Positions 1 to 10,317 of a stretch of 64,000 nucleotides of DNA are shown piece after piece; positions within the stretch are counted from its first letter, which is position 1; the number at the start of each line of letters is the position of its first letter. The DNA lies in NCBI GenBank assembly GCA_046861395.1, contig JBHHUC010000003.1:18317-82316 (forward strand), read 5' to 3'. The DNA is from Fidelibacterota bacterium. Its GTDB lineage: Bacteria > Fidelibacterota > Marinisomatia > Marinisomatales > JABMOV01. A model generated the notes under the pieces. It did no database searches, had not been told where the DNA came from, and saw only the letters and a list, made by a program, of their open reading frames with translations. The translations under genes were made by a program, and so were the position numbers.

Positions 1-1
1 T

Positions 2-646
2 GGCTATCGTTTTAAAAATGTCAATTACCTGACTCAGGCGTTTACCCACCGTTCCATCGACCCCGAACCACGAAAAAATTACGAACGCCTGGAATTCCTG
101 GGTGATGCTGTCATTGATATCATTATCAGCCGTGCTTTAATGCGCGAATATCCGGTCGGGGATGAAGGTCTGTTAACGCAGAAACGGGCGGCTCTGGTCC
201 AGAAATCCTTCCTGGCCAACATGGGGAACCTGATCAATATTCTGGATTATCTAATTATCGATCCTACCGTTAATATGAGCGTAGAAAAAATTGCCGACCG
301 CCAAAGTGCCAACTGCATGGAAGCTCTGGTGGGTGCCATGTACTTGGACGGCGGCATCCGTCCCTGTCGAAAATTTGTGCTCGATACTATATGGCGTCAT
401 CGCTCCGAAGCCTGGAAATCTACAAATTACAAGGGCCGGTTAATTGAATTCTGCCATTCCCAGTCTATTGCCAATCCCCGCTTTATTGTATCCAATGTCA
501 GCGGACCGGAACATCAGAAAATGTTTGAAGTATTAGTGAAAATCGGATCCGACTCCTACCAGCCCGGAATCGGAAGCAATAAAAAAGCGGCCGAACAAGC
601 CGCCGCCCAAAACGCCCTCGATTCCCTGCAGAGACAGTATTCCTGA
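2..646 (+). CDS. rnc: Ribonuclease III, 5'-truncated by the window edge
   Basis: Frame is open from base 2 (GYRFKN..QAFTHRS..NYERLEFLGDAV, the RNase III signature), then EALVGAMYLDGG and a C-terminal dsRBD (GPEH..F..G.G..KK.AEQ.AA). Confidence 0.97.
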   Translation, partial: GYRFKNVNYLTQAFTHRSIDPEPRKNYERLEFLGDAVIDIIISRALMREYPVGDEGLLTQKRAALVQKSFLANMGNLINILDYLIIDPTVNMSVEKIADRQSANCMEALVGAMYLDGGIRPCRKFVLDTIWRHRSEAWKSTNYKGRLIEFCHSQSIANPRFIVSNVSGPEHQKMFEVLVKIGSDSYQPGIGSNKKAAEQAAAQNALDSLQRQYS

Positions 647-650
647 CTGA

Positions 651-1223
651 TCAGGAAAGGTTCAATGCTCTGATTTTATCCCGCAAAATGGCCGCCTTCT
701 CATAATTTTCATTCGCAATGGCTTGGGCCATTTCCGCCTGGAGCGTTTCCAATGAAATTTTCTTAGAATCTTCTTCCGAACCGGGGATCGTGCTCTGACG
801 TTTCCTTTCAATAAAGCCGGCCTCTTCCATCACATGACGCTGTATGAAAATCGGCGATTTCATTCTCAGTGCCACAGCGATACAATCACTTGGACGAGCG
901 TCGATATTGGCCTGTAATTTCGTTTCCTGGTTTTCCAGAATCAAACGGCTATAAAACACACCTTCAATCAGATCCGATACCTGCACTGCAACCAGATTAT
1001 ACTGTAAATCGGATATTATTTTTGTCATGAGATCATGTGTTGTGGGACGTTCCGTGGAAGCACCCTCCAGTGCCATGGCAATCGATTGAGCCTCAAACGG
1101 TCCCACCATCACCGGCATGATTCGGTCTGAGTCCACAGCCTTGAGAATCACAGCATAGGAACCAGAATCAGGGTGAAATCTTAATCGATCTACTTTAACG
1201 GGAATAAGGATATCCATCATCAA
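651..1223 (-). CDS. Bifunctional nuclease family protein (DUF151) with C-terminal UvrB/UvrC motif
   Basis: G.FEA.SIA, RP.THDL, IDARPSD.IAVALR motifs; C-terminal AI..ENYEKAA.LRD. Confidence 0.9.
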   Translation of the reverse strand: MMMDILIPVKVDRLRFHPDSGSYAVILKAVDSDRIMPVMVGPFEAQSIAMALEGASTERPTTHDLMTKIISDLQYNLVAVQVSDLIEGVFYSRLILENQETKLQANIDARPSDCIAVALRMKSPIFIQRHVMEEAGFIERKRQSTIPGSEEDSKKISLETLQAEMAQAIANENYEKAAILRDKIRALNLS

Positions 1224-2266
1224 TTTTCTTGCGCTAGTCTCTCTTTTAACATGGAAATTTTATGAACGGGCGTGGGATCGGTTCCATGTAAAACGGCACA
1301 CCAGTAACTCAGCCAATCGGAAAGATGAATTAATTCCAGGAACCGGGTGAAATATGTGGTGGCCGTTCCGGAAAGATGGTATTGATTCTCCGGTAATCCG
1401 GTCAATACTTCCTCCGTAATCATTTGTCGCAGCGTTACATGCTCATGATCGGCTTCATCCTGCAGCCAGATGAGAGAAATCTTCTTTAGAATTGCAGTAT
1501 TATTTTCCCACCCGACAATTTCATTATGGTTTAATTCGGGAAGTTCGTTATAAAAGGCCAACATTTTACTGTTTTCAGCCAGCTGCCCTTTTAACCGATT
1601 GGCTACGACGGCCAGTGAATTGGTTTGAGCATAGATGACCGGGAGTGTCTGATACATATTTCGAGCCATGGTAAAAATGGAATTTTCCTCACTGGCCAGC
1701 GAAAATTCTCCGCGCACCCGACTCAGGAAATCAATCGTTTCCTGCAAGTTGGATAGGAAGGGTTTATCGAACAGTTCAAAAGTGTCCAGTAAAAATAAGG
1801 TGGGTATGAATGAATACGCCAGTGCAGCCCGGGGTTGCAATCCGGCAGGAATCGTGACTTTATCCAAACCATGTTCCGTTAATACCCCCCCCAGTTTGCC
1901 ACCGGTAGTTACACCGCAGATTTGGGCATTTTTTTCAAGGGCATCAGTAAAAGCGCTCAGCGTTTCTTCCGTATTTCCCGAATATGAGGAACAGATGACC
2001 AGTGTATTTTCATTCACCCAGGACGGTAATTCATAATGCCGCGAAACGACAATGGGGCATTTCAGATGTCGCTCCATGAGACCCCGTATCACATCACCCC
2101 CAATGGCGGAACCTCCCATTCCAGCAATGACCACATTATTAACGGGTGAATAATCCCGCTTAAGCACAATGGACTGCCCAATGTCTAGCGCTTCCTTCAT
2201 GTGATCGGGAAAGTGATAGATGGCGGCAAACATGTTTCCTGGATCATTCTTATCAACGGTCATCAT
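1220..2266 (-). CDS. Bifunctional phosphoglucose/phosphomannose isomerase (SIS family)
   Basis: GMGGSAIGG, SYSGNTEETL, GLQPRAA, ENSK, PELNHNEIVGW, DPTPV..I..LK motifs. Confidence 0.93.
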   Translation of the reverse strand: MMTVDKNDPGNMFAAIYHFPDHMKEALDIGQSIVLKRDYSPVNNVVIAGMGGSAIGGDVIRGLMERHLKCPIVVSRHYELPSWVNENTLVICSSYSGNTEETLSAFTDALEKNAQICGVTTGGKLGGVLTEHGLDKVTIPAGLQPRAALAYSFIPTLFLLDTFELFDKPFLSNLQETIDFLSRVRGEFSLASEENSIFTMARNMYQTLPVIYAQTNSLAVVANRLKGQLAENSKMLAFYNELPELNHNEIVGWENNTAILKKISLIWLQDEADHEHVTLRQMITEEVLTGLPENQYHLSGTATTYFTRFLELIHLSDWLSYWCAVLHGTDPTPVHKISMLKERLAQEN

Positions 2267-3234
2267 TATTTCTTTCTCTTTAAAACCATTTCGGTAAAAT
2301 CATATAAATTTCGGCTTCCGGCTGCGATTCGGTCCAGTTCCTGATAAGCTTTATCAATGTAATCCCTGGCCAGATTCTCTGCTGTGGTCAGAATATCCCG
2401 TTCCTTGATAAAGGAATTCATTTTTCTTACCCGATCCACAACCGGCAGAGATTTCCAATCCAACCATAGTCGATCCCATTCCGAAGGGAATAAATCGCGC
2501 GCCATAATGGTAAGAACGGTTTGCTTTCCTGCTTCCACATCACTCCCCAGACTCTTGCCCATAATTCCTGCATCTGACACGATTTCCAGGATGTCATCCT
2601 GAATCTGAAACGCAATACCAAGATTCAACCCGAAGGAACGCAGGCAGGCCAGGACAGATGGTTCCTGATTCCCCAGGATCCCGCCCAGTTCGGCACACAG
2701 CCCGATCAACCAACCGGTCTTTTTCTCAATCATGAGAATATAATCATTCAGAGTTATACCTGATTTATTCTCAAATTCCTTGTCATAGGCCTGACCTTCA
2801 CAAACAATGAGGGTGGCTTTATTGAAAGCACGTACTGCCGCCAGAGGATTGGTTTTTACACGGCTCATGATCAATTGGGCTAATGCATAGATCCCATCAC
2901 CGGCCAGAATGGCAGTAGATTCGTCCCAGTGGATGTGAACCGTTTCCTGACCATGTCGCAATGTATCGGCATCCATGATATCATCGTGAACCAGAGTAAA
3001 GTTATGCAGCAGTTCCACTGCCAGGCCGGCATGTAAGGTATCGGTCTCGTCCGCTGCGAATTCCGCTCCTGTCAACATCACGAGAATTGGTCGCAACCGC
3101 TTTCCCTCTCCTTTAGTGACGTATCGCACCGGATCGTATAAATATTTGGGTTGCTCCGGAATATCCAGGTCAAACAAAACCTGATTCACATCGCTACGAA
3201 GTTGATCTACATGCTGATGAAAGGTTGACTTAAT
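2266..3234 (-). CDS. Polyprenyl (geranylgeranyl) diphosphate synthase; start uncertain
   Basis: GKRLRP, LVHDDIMD..LRHG (first Asp-rich motif), FQIQDDIL (second). The ORF-track start at 3339 overlaps the PMM gene by 110 nt; candidate real starts are ATT at 3234 or GTG at 3189. Confidence 0.9.
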   Translation of the reverse strand: MKSTFHQHVDQLRSDVNQVLFDLDIPEQPKYLYDPVRYVTKGEGKRLRPILVMLTGAEFAADETDTLHAGLAVELLHNFTLVHDDIMDADTLRHGQETVHIHWDESTAILAGDGIYALAQLIMSRVKTNPLAAVRAFNKATLIVCEGQAYDKEFENKSGITLNDYILMIEKKTGWLIGLCAELGGILGNQEPSVLACLRSFGLNLGIAFQIQDDILEIVSDAGIMGKSLGSDVEAGKQTVLTIMARDLFPSEWDRLWLDWKSLPVVDRVRKMNSFIKERDILTTAENLARDYIDKAYQELDRIAAGSRNLYDFTEMVLKRKK

Positions 3235-4600
3235 GACCGGCCTCCAGGGTAAATTCGCCAAATTCTGCCAATTTTCCCAGAACCAGCGACTTGTATTCTT
3301 CCATTTTTTCCGGTGATGTTGCTTCGAAACGACATACAATGACAGGCTGGGTATTGGAAGATCGCACCAGCCCCCATCCTTCCGGGAAATTAATTCTCAC
3401 CCCGTCTACGGTACTGCAATCATAATTGGCGGTGAAATAGGCAACTGCTTTTTCGGTCATCTGGAATTTCACTTCATCATCTTTGGTTGCCATCCGCATT
3501 TCTGGAGTTGAATAGTAGGTGGGAATTTCCGCTTTCAACTGAGACAGGGATTTGCTTGAGTGTGATAACAATTCTACCAGTCGGGCGGCAACGTAGGTCG
3601 CATCGTCATACCCGAAATAATCATCGGCAAAAAAGATATGTCCGCTCATTTCGCCACCCAGTTTGCATTGGACTTCTGCCATTTTCTGTTTAATCAGAGA
3701 ATGTCCCGTTTTCCACATAATCGGTTTACCATGCAAACGATTAATGACATCTTCCAATGCTTTGGAACATTTTACATCGAACAGAACTTCATCTCCCGGT
3801 TCGATGACATGAGGCAGAAAGATAGCCATCAATTGATCGGCCCATACAATATCTCCAGTTTCATCCACCACGCCTATACGGTCCGCATCTCCGTCAAAGG
3901 CTATGCCCACTTCATAATCACCGCCTTGCATTAATTGAATAAGATCCTTCAGGTTTTCCTTCACCGTCGGGTCCGGGTGATGATTGGGGAAACGGCCATC
4001 GACATTACAATATATTTCGGTTAAATCCGCGCCTAAGGCGGTAAAGATTTCCGGAGCATTTATTGCCCCGGCGGCATTGCCGCAATCCATCACAACCTTG
4101 ACAGGACGTTCCAAGTGAATTTTCCTTTTCATCATCGTCAGATAATCAGGTTTAAGATCATAGCTTGCTTCCGATCCTTCACCTGTCTCAAAATCATTTT
4201 CTTCAATGATTTTACGGATGGACTGGATCATGTCACCGAACACAGCCTTTTTATCCAACGAAAGTTTGAATCCATTAAATTCCGGCGGATTGTGGCTTCC
4301 CGTAATCTGAACGGCTCCCCCCACATCCAATTTAAACATGCTGTAATAATTTACGGGCGTTGGCAGAATACCGATATTTATTACATCCAAACCGGTACTC
4401 ACGGCACCAGCTTTGAAATCGTTTAGAAGCCGTTCGGTTGACAACCTAACATCACCACTCAGTGCGATTTCTTTCGCTCCGTGACGCAAAGCATAGGTTC
4501 CGAACCCTTTCCCTAATAACGTTACCACTTCCGAGGGAAAATCTTCATCGACTTTTCCCCGAATATCATATTCACGAAAAATAAACGGATTTATGTTCAC
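3230..4600 (-). CDS. Phosphomannomutase/phosphoglucomutase (AlgC-like)
   Basis: FREYDIRG, ITGSHNPPEFNG, FDGDADR, GEMSGH motifs; likely GTG start at 4600 with AGAGG upstream. Confidence 0.95.
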   Translation of the reverse strand: MNINPFIFREYDIRGKVDEDFPSEVVTLLGKGFGTYALRHGAKEIALSGDVRLSTERLLNDFKAGAVSTGLDVINIGILPTPVNYYSMFKLDVGGAVQITGSHNPPEFNGFKLSLDKKAVFGDMIQSIRKIIEENDFETGEGSEASYDLKPDYLTMMKRKIHLERPVKVVMDCGNAAGAINAPEIFTALGADLTEIYCNVDGRFPNHHPDPTVKENLKDLIQLMQGGDYEVGIAFDGDADRIGVVDETGDIVWADQLMAIFLPHVIEPGDEVLFDVKCSKALEDVINRLHGKPIMWKTGHSLIKQKMAEVQCKLGGEMSGHIFFADDYFGYDDATYVAARLVELLSHSSKSLSQLKAEIPTYYSTPEMRMATKDDEVKFQMTEKAVAYFTANYDCSTVDGVRINFPEGWGLVRSSNTQPVIVCRFEATSPEKMEEYKSLVLGKLAEFGEFTLEAGH

Positions 4601-4732
4601 ATTTACCTCTATTCTATTGATAAAACTGCTGGTAAAATTACTCAGGACTATGGGGAATCGCATGTGTTAATGGCTGGTATTTTCACGTAAATATAGTTGT
4701 GTTTAACGGAGTGATACGGAATAATTTTTATT

Positions 4733-5839
4733 ATGCAAAATCATTCCAGAATATTCTTTAGTCTGGTGCTAATTCCCTCTGTGGTAATGCTGGGTCAGCT
4801 AAGGTTAACCGTAAGCGAAACAATGCCTCTTCCAGGCGAAGGTCATCATATCTGGAGGGACAGCACCGTCATCTCATGGTCTTCTCGCCAAGTATTTTTA
4901 GAGAATACCTCATTTTATTCTACGGAAAATTCAATCCGTTCGGTTGTTCCCCTGCCGATAGGACAAGTTGGTATCGTGGAGGAAACATCACAGGATTACC
5001 TTTTACGTATTGTTGATCAACATGGAACGCCAGTTTTTACAACGACACTGGACGTTGCCGAAGATTATGGATTTCCCCGGATTGCCACCCTTCCCGATGG
5101 CACCCCGCTGCTGCTGAATGCGGTGGAACAGAAAATCGGGATTGGCGGGACATCCCCTTCCCTGCAGTGGTTCCCCCTGAGAACCGAGGACCGGGATCAT
5201 GAAAAACAATTACTGACCACTTCTTTTGAAAATGATCAATTTTTTCTGGGCATGCCTCAGGCCGCACCGGGTAACCGCCTTTCCGTTCTCTATACTTTAA
5301 AGCATCATTCTCGTCCCGTAGCAATGGATAGTATATCGCTCTCTTTGCCGTATTTTTTCTTCCCTTTTCTCGATCAACTGGCCATAATCGGTTCTGATTT
5401 TTCTAATGATTACAGCCCGGAGAATCGACTTATCCTGTATAATCCGAAAGCCAGAATGATTTCAGCCGAAGTTCCCCTGCCAACCATACCAGGGGATTTC
5501 CGGGTTAAAGATCAGAAATTATATTTAATCTACAATGATCGGTTGGAAATTCTGAACCACCGGGGTCAAATCCTGACCACGTATACCTTTCCTGCACTAG
5601 TCCCAGTGGATGTTGCAATAAACGATGAATCCATTTTTATCATTGGCGGTCGTCACCCGGATTATATCGCCGGCCAGGTGGTTTACGATACGGCCCATCT
5701 CCTGCGCATCAGCAATCAGATTGATGAATATTTCATTCAAACAGACGGTCGAATAAGCGGCGGCAGAATCAACCGGCCCGGAAAGACCATTATCTTGTTA
5801 GCCAACCAACGCCTGTTACAGATTCTCATTCCTGATTGA
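4733..5839 (+). CDS. Hypothetical exported protein, beta-rich (possibly propeller-like), no C-terminal secretion domain
   Basis: 368-aa ORF with a hydrophobic N-terminus; stop overlaps the next start (TGATG). Confidence 0.65.
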   Translation: MQNHSRIFFSLVLIPSVVMLGQLRLTVSETMPLPGEGHHIWRDSTVISWSSRQVFLENTSFYSTENSIRSVVPLPIGQVGIVEETSQDYLLRIVDQHGTPVFTTTLDVAEDYGFPRIATLPDGTPLLLNAVEQKIGIGGTSPSLQWFPLRTEDRDHEKQLLTTSFENDQFFLGMPQAAPGNRLSVLYTLKHHSRPVAMDSISLSLPYFFFPFLDQLAIIGSDFSNDYSPENRLILYNPKARMISAEVPLPTIPGDFRVKDQKLYLIYNDRLEILNHRGQILTTYTFPALVPVDVAINDESIFIIGGRHPDYIAGQVVYDTAHLLRISNQIDEYFIQTDGRISGGRINRPGKTIILLANQRLLQILIPD

Positions 5840-7941
5840 TGAAAAAGCATTTATTCCCCTTAATCATCCTTGGTGCTGTCTTAACAGGGCAGGACTATCC
5901 CTGGCCTTGCACCCCGGTAGATCAGCAGCATTGGATAAACGGTACGTTTTGCGAATGTCGCGAAGGAAGTTCCGGCGACCGGGATCATTTTCATGACGGT
6001 GTGGATATTGACCTCTATCAGGGAAATCCAGTTTATTCCGTTATCAATGGGACTGTAACCAGCATCGGTTCGCAATCGACCTACGGTATTAACGCCTGGA
6101 TTCGAGTAGGACGCTATGCCTATGTCCATGTGAATCACAATCCTGCATTGAGTGTCGGTTCGTCAGTTGTGGCCGGTGAGACGGTCATCGGCTGGACCAA
6201 CACTTGGAACCATATTCATTTTAAGGACGGCTATCCCGGAAATGAAATCAATGCCCTGCGGTTGAATGGCGGTCTCACACCACATGAGGATACTTATGCT
6301 CCGACTGTGGCCAATATCGGTTTCTACATTGATGGTACCGACATCCCCTTTCAGGATAACCGGGTCTACGGCGCAATTGATATTGTCAGCCGGGCCTACG
6401 ACCGAACCGATTCAGGCCCCTTAGGAAATAATAATGGTATTTATAAGATTGGTTATGATATTCTGGATTCCACCGGAAATCTTGTCCATGGACCGGTAAT
6501 TCCATACGAATTTGCCACCATTCCCGCCTCTGACGGATATATCACAAATGTCTATGCCCTGGGATCAAATACCAGTAATTATCGATACATTGTGACCAAT
6601 AATGTCAGTTCCAATCAATCGTTGAATGTAACCAATTGGCCTTTGGGCCACTACACGGCCCGCGTTTTTACCTGGGATCAGTATTTACACGGTGACACGC
6701 TGATTCAACCCTTCCAAATCGTTACACCGGATGACACACCGCCAGCCGCCCCGGAGCTCCTGGCCCTCATCAAAGAAAGCAATGGTTTCCGATTGATCTG
6801 GCAACCTAATACCGAAGCTGATTTACTGGGCTATCGGTTATATTTTAGTTATGATAATCAGCAATGGTTCAACAATATAAACGAAACTCAGTTGGATGGT
6901 ACTTCCAGTGAATTCATCACAACATCCTTCAGTAATGAATTAATCTATCTTCGGCTGACAGCCGTTGATAACGGACCTTTTCACAATGAGAGTGATTTTT
7001 CCTCCACTTTTGTCTTTCGAAAATCCGCCCCGGATAAAACCATCTTATTCATCGATGCCAGCCATCGGCAAAACGATCAATCCATTCCCAGCCTGGCACA
7101 AGCCATGGATCCATACTCAAATTTTGGTTTTGAAACTGTCACCGGTGAATTTCTGGCTTCCGACAGTCTAGACTTATCGACCAGACCGGTGTCGTGGCTC
7201 TCACTGGGAACGTCCCGAAATACGATTGAAAGTCATCTGATCACCTGGTTCGGCGCACAAAATATACCCGGAAATATTCCTGTTCTGTCGGGATCATATT
7301 CTACTCTGGCTCTGGCTGGAAATCCTGAGGGCGCCGCTTTGCTCACCGGGTTCGGTCTAGACAGCATCCGGGTAATCACCCCTTCACCAACTATTTCCGT
7401 AACAGCCGGCGGATTTCTGTCCTCACTGGGGACCTTTTCCTTTACCAGCGGGAATGATTCCTTAATCGTCGGTTTCCACAACCCAACGGTAAGTCCTTTA
7501 CTCGTTCTGGATACGGGAGAATCCCTGGGCTGGCTGTATGAGGAGTTGGGTCCCGGCGTGTTATTGGGATTTTCTCCTCAGGATCTCCCCAATTTCCCGC
7601 AATTCGCCGAAATAATGCTAAATTACCTTTTCCCCGGCTGGGTGAGCAATGACCCCGTCCCAAGCTTACCCCAGTATTTTTCTGTTTCTGCCTATCCCAA
7701 TCCGTTTAATTATTCCCTGTCGCTTACCGTCCGGGGAGAGGCGGGAGTTTATCATCTTACCGGCTGGGACATCCGCGGCACTCGCATTCTGGGAAAAACG
7801 GTTGTTCTCCCTGAATCCGGATCTAGAACCATTCAACTTCGTTCGGAATTTTCCCGCCTATCTTCAGGCCTTTATTTCCTCCAGGTCGTTTCGGAAAAGT
7901 TTACCTCATCACAGATAACGAAAGTGTTATTGGTCAAATGA
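5839..7941 (+). CDS. Secreted M23 (LytM-like) metallopeptidase with FN3-like domain and T9SS type-A-like C-terminal domain
   Basis: Signal peptide; HDGVD (HxxxD) and HIH (HxH) zinc motifs; DDTPPAAP..W..NTEADL.GYRLY FN3 pattern; YPNPFN..SSGLYFL..KVLLVK C-terminus. Confidence 0.8.
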   Translation: MKKHLFPLIILGAVLTGQDYPWPCTPVDQQHWINGTFCECREGSSGDRDHFHDGVDIDLYQGNPVYSVINGTVTSIGSQSTYGINAWIRVGRYAYVHVNHNPALSVGSSVVAGETVIGWTNTWNHIHFKDGYPGNEINALRLNGGLTPHEDTYAPTVANIGFYIDGTDIPFQDNRVYGAIDIVSRAYDRTDSGPLGNNNGIYKIGYDILDSTGNLVHGPVIPYEFATIPASDGYITNVYALGSNTSNYRYIVTNNVSSNQSLNVTNWPLGHYTARVFTWDQYLHGDTLIQPFQIVTPDDTPPAAPELLALIKESNGFRLIWQPNTEADLLGYRLYFSYDNQQWFNNINETQLDGTSSEFITTSFSNELIYLRLTAVDNGPFHNESDFSSTFVFRKSAPDKTILFIDASHRQNDQSIPSLAQAMDPYSNFGFETVTGEFLASDSLDLSTRPVSWLSLGTSRNTIESHLITWFGAQNIPGNIPVLSGSYSTLALAGNPEGAALLTGFGLDSIRVITPSPTISVTAGGFLSSLGTFSFTSGNDSLIVGFHNPTVSPLLVLDTGESLGWLYEELGPGVLLGFSPQDLPNFPQFAEIMLNYLFPGWVSNDPVPSLPQYFSVSAYPNPFNYSLSLTVRGEAGVYHLTGWDIRGTRILGKTVVLPESGSRTIQLRSEFSRLSSGLYFLQVVSEKFTSSQITKVLLVK

Positions 7942-9374
7942 AAAAAATATTCCTCGTCACAATTCTTCTCATCCTCACCGGTTGTACCGTTCATCCCGTC
8001 TTTGATCCGGCCACCGGCCTGTTACCTCTGGTCCACCGGATCAATTCTGCCATCAAGGCCTCCGGACTGGAAACCAATATCGGAATTTCGGTACGGTCGG
8101 CCAGAACCGGCAAAACACTCTATGCCTATAATGATCGTCATCTTTTCAATCCGGCCAGTAATAACAAGATATACACGGCCACGGCCGCTCTCCAGTTTCT
8201 GACGCCGGCCCATCGCTACCGTACCGGCCTCTACCTGCCACCGCAGCGGATGGCTTCCGATTCTCTCTCACGACTGACTCTGGTGGCGGCAGCCGATCCG
8301 GATTTCTATCCCCGGCACCTGGATTCCCTGGCAACAGTCCTGGCACAACATTTCAATGTTGTGGATACGATCATGATTGATAATACGATTCTGGATACGG
8401 TTTATTATGGGAACGGCTGGATGTGGGACGAAGGCTCCGGCTGGTATTCGGCCCAGATCGATGGAATGATTTTCAATGACAATTGTGTTGATTTTCACGT
8501 TTCCAACGGGGAACCCGGGAGCCCGCCGGATATCACAATCATTCCCCCGACGCAATACATTCAGATAGACAACAAGGCAGTTACGACCCACGACACGATA
8601 GATCTCGAGCCCTTTTCCATCCGGCGACACTGGTGGGAAGATAACAATAAGTTTGATGTCTGGGGGCACTTTTTCCGCACCGACAGCAATACGGCGGTGT
8701 ATTACCGAAATATCCATGATCCGGCCCGATTCACGGGAACAGTCCTGAAAGAGATGTTAGAGGAAAAAGGCACTCTTGTCCGGGGACCGATCCTCGAACA
8801 TTCTCTTTTCCCCGGTGATACGCTGTTTGCATATCATGAATCCGATTCCTTTCTGGTTTCCCTGGCAAACTTCCTGAAAGAAAGTGACAATCTGTCCGGT
8901 GAATCTTATCTGAAACTAATTGGCCATTATCAATCCGGGAATCCCGGATCATGGCCCGATGGATTGCTGGCAACCAAATCCTTTTTGGCCGATTCCGTTG
9001 GTCTGGACACCAGTGCCTTTTCCTATGTGGACGGTTCGGGCATATCCCGCTATAATTATTCTGCCCCACGGCATTTCACACAATTGTTGTACTGGATCTA
9101 TCAGCGACCAGGATTCAAACAATCCTTTTTGGCATCCCTGCCTGTAGGCGGATGGGATGGCACCCTGGAAAACCGTATGCAGACGGGACAGGAATCCCAA
9201 TATGTCCATGCCAAGACGGGAACGTTATCCGGTGCAAGCTGTTTGTCGGGGTACATTCTGAAACCGGGGAAAGAGCCGCTTGTTTTTTCCATCATGATGA
9301 ATGGTTATGTGGACGAAGCCGGGCCCTACCGCGATCTGCAGGATGAAATCGTCAACATATTGTTACAACGGTGA
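7938..9374 (+). CDS. dacB: D-Ala-D-Ala carboxypeptidase/endopeptidase, peptidase S13 (PBP4-like), probable lipoprotein
   Basis: PASNNK (SxxK), SDN, DGSGISRYN, AKTGTL motifs; LTGC lipobox. Confidence 0.93.
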   Translation: MKKIFLVTILLILTGCTVHPVFDPATGLLPLVHRINSAIKASGLETNIGISVRSARTGKTLYAYNDRHLFNPASNNKIYTATAALQFLTPAHRYRTGLYLPPQRMASDSLSRLTLVAAADPDFYPRHLDSLATVLAQHFNVVDTIMIDNTILDTVYYGNGWMWDEGSGWYSAQIDGMIFNDNCVDFHVSNGEPGSPPDITIIPPTQYIQIDNKAVTTHDTIDLEPFSIRRHWWEDNNKFDVWGHFFRTDSNTAVYYRNIHDPARFTGTVLKEMLEEKGTLVRGPILEHSLFPGDTLFAYHESDSFLVSLANFLKESDNLSGESYLKLIGHYQSGNPGSWPDGLLATKSFLADSVGLDTSAFSYVDGSGISRYNYSAPRHFTQLLYWIYQRPGFKQSFLASLPVGGWDGTLENRMQTGQESQYVHAKTGTLSGASCLSGYILKPGKEPLVFSIMMNGYVDEAGPYRDLQDEIVNILLQR

Positions 9375-9378
9375 GGAC

Positions 9379-10317
9379 ATGGAAATCATGAAACCCAAAG
9401 CGATTCACAAAGGCGATACCATCGGCGTAGTCTGTCCGTCAAAATGGGCTCCCGAAGATCAGGTGTACGCTGTAAAGCAATTATTTGAAGAACAGGGATA
9501 TCGTGTTGTGTTGGGAAAAACCCCCTTTTTACGGGAAAACCAATACGCCGGAACGCCCGAGGAACGGGCTCGTGATATTGAAGCAATGTTTGCCAATCCC
9601 GAAATTGACGCCATTGTCTGTGCCCGGGGCGGTTACGGGGCCAATCGTGTCATTCCCTTACTCAATTATGATTTGATCCGGGACAATCCGAAAATCTTCA
9701 TGGGATACAGTGATATTACTGCCCTGATTCATTCCATCCGGCAACGGTCGGGATTCATCACATTTCACGGTCCTATGTTTGTCACCTATAAAAACGGATT
9801 CATCTCTTATAACTGGAATATCTGGGAAGCCGTGATCAGCGGAAAAGCTCCTCTGCGGATGGAAAATCCCCATGAATTGAAACCCCATATTCTGAAGCCG
9901 GGATCGGCGGAAGGTATGCTCTCCGGAGGAAACCTGACTCTGATCAACAATCGCCTGGGAACGCCGGAACAGATCGATTTCCGTGATACGATTCTATTCC
10001 TGGAAGATATTGACGAATATTTATATGCCTTTGACCGTTATCTGGTCCATTTACGCCAATCAGGCACGGTTGAATCCATCCGGGCTTTGATCGTGGGTGA
10101 ACTGGTAGATATGAAGGATGATTCCATTCCCTTCGGGAAATCAACGGACGAAATCATTATGGATGTTTTCGGAGACTTGAACATTCCCATCGTTTCCAAC
10201 GTCGCCTGCGGTCACGGTGCTTATCAAATGACATTACCGGTTATACTGCCGGCAGAACTGAGTGTCACTTCAGATTCATTTGTCCTGACACTTCCCCAAG
10301 CTGCGGTTCGTCCTTAG
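9379..10317 (+). CDS. ldcA: LD-carboxypeptidase (muramoyltetrapeptide carboxypeptidase, S66)
   Basis: RGGYGA, GYSDIT (catalytic Ser), GGNL, LEDIDE, CGHG triad motifs; GAGG precedes the ATG at 9379. Confidence 0.92.
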   Translation: MEIMKPKAIHKGDTIGVVCPSKWAPEDQVYAVKQLFEEQGYRVVLGKTPFLRENQYAGTPEERARDIEAMFANPEIDAIVCARGGYGANRVIPLLNYDLIRDNPKIFMGYSDITALIHSIRQRSGFITFHGPMFVTYKNGFISYNWNIWEAVISGKAPLRMENPHELKPHILKPGSAEGMLSGGNLTLINNRLGTPEQIDFRDTILFLEDIDEYLYAFDRYLVHLRQSGTVESIRALIVGELVDMKDDSIPFGKSTDEIIMDVFGDLNIPIVSNVACGHGAYQMTLPVILPAELSVTSDSFVLTLPQAAVRP

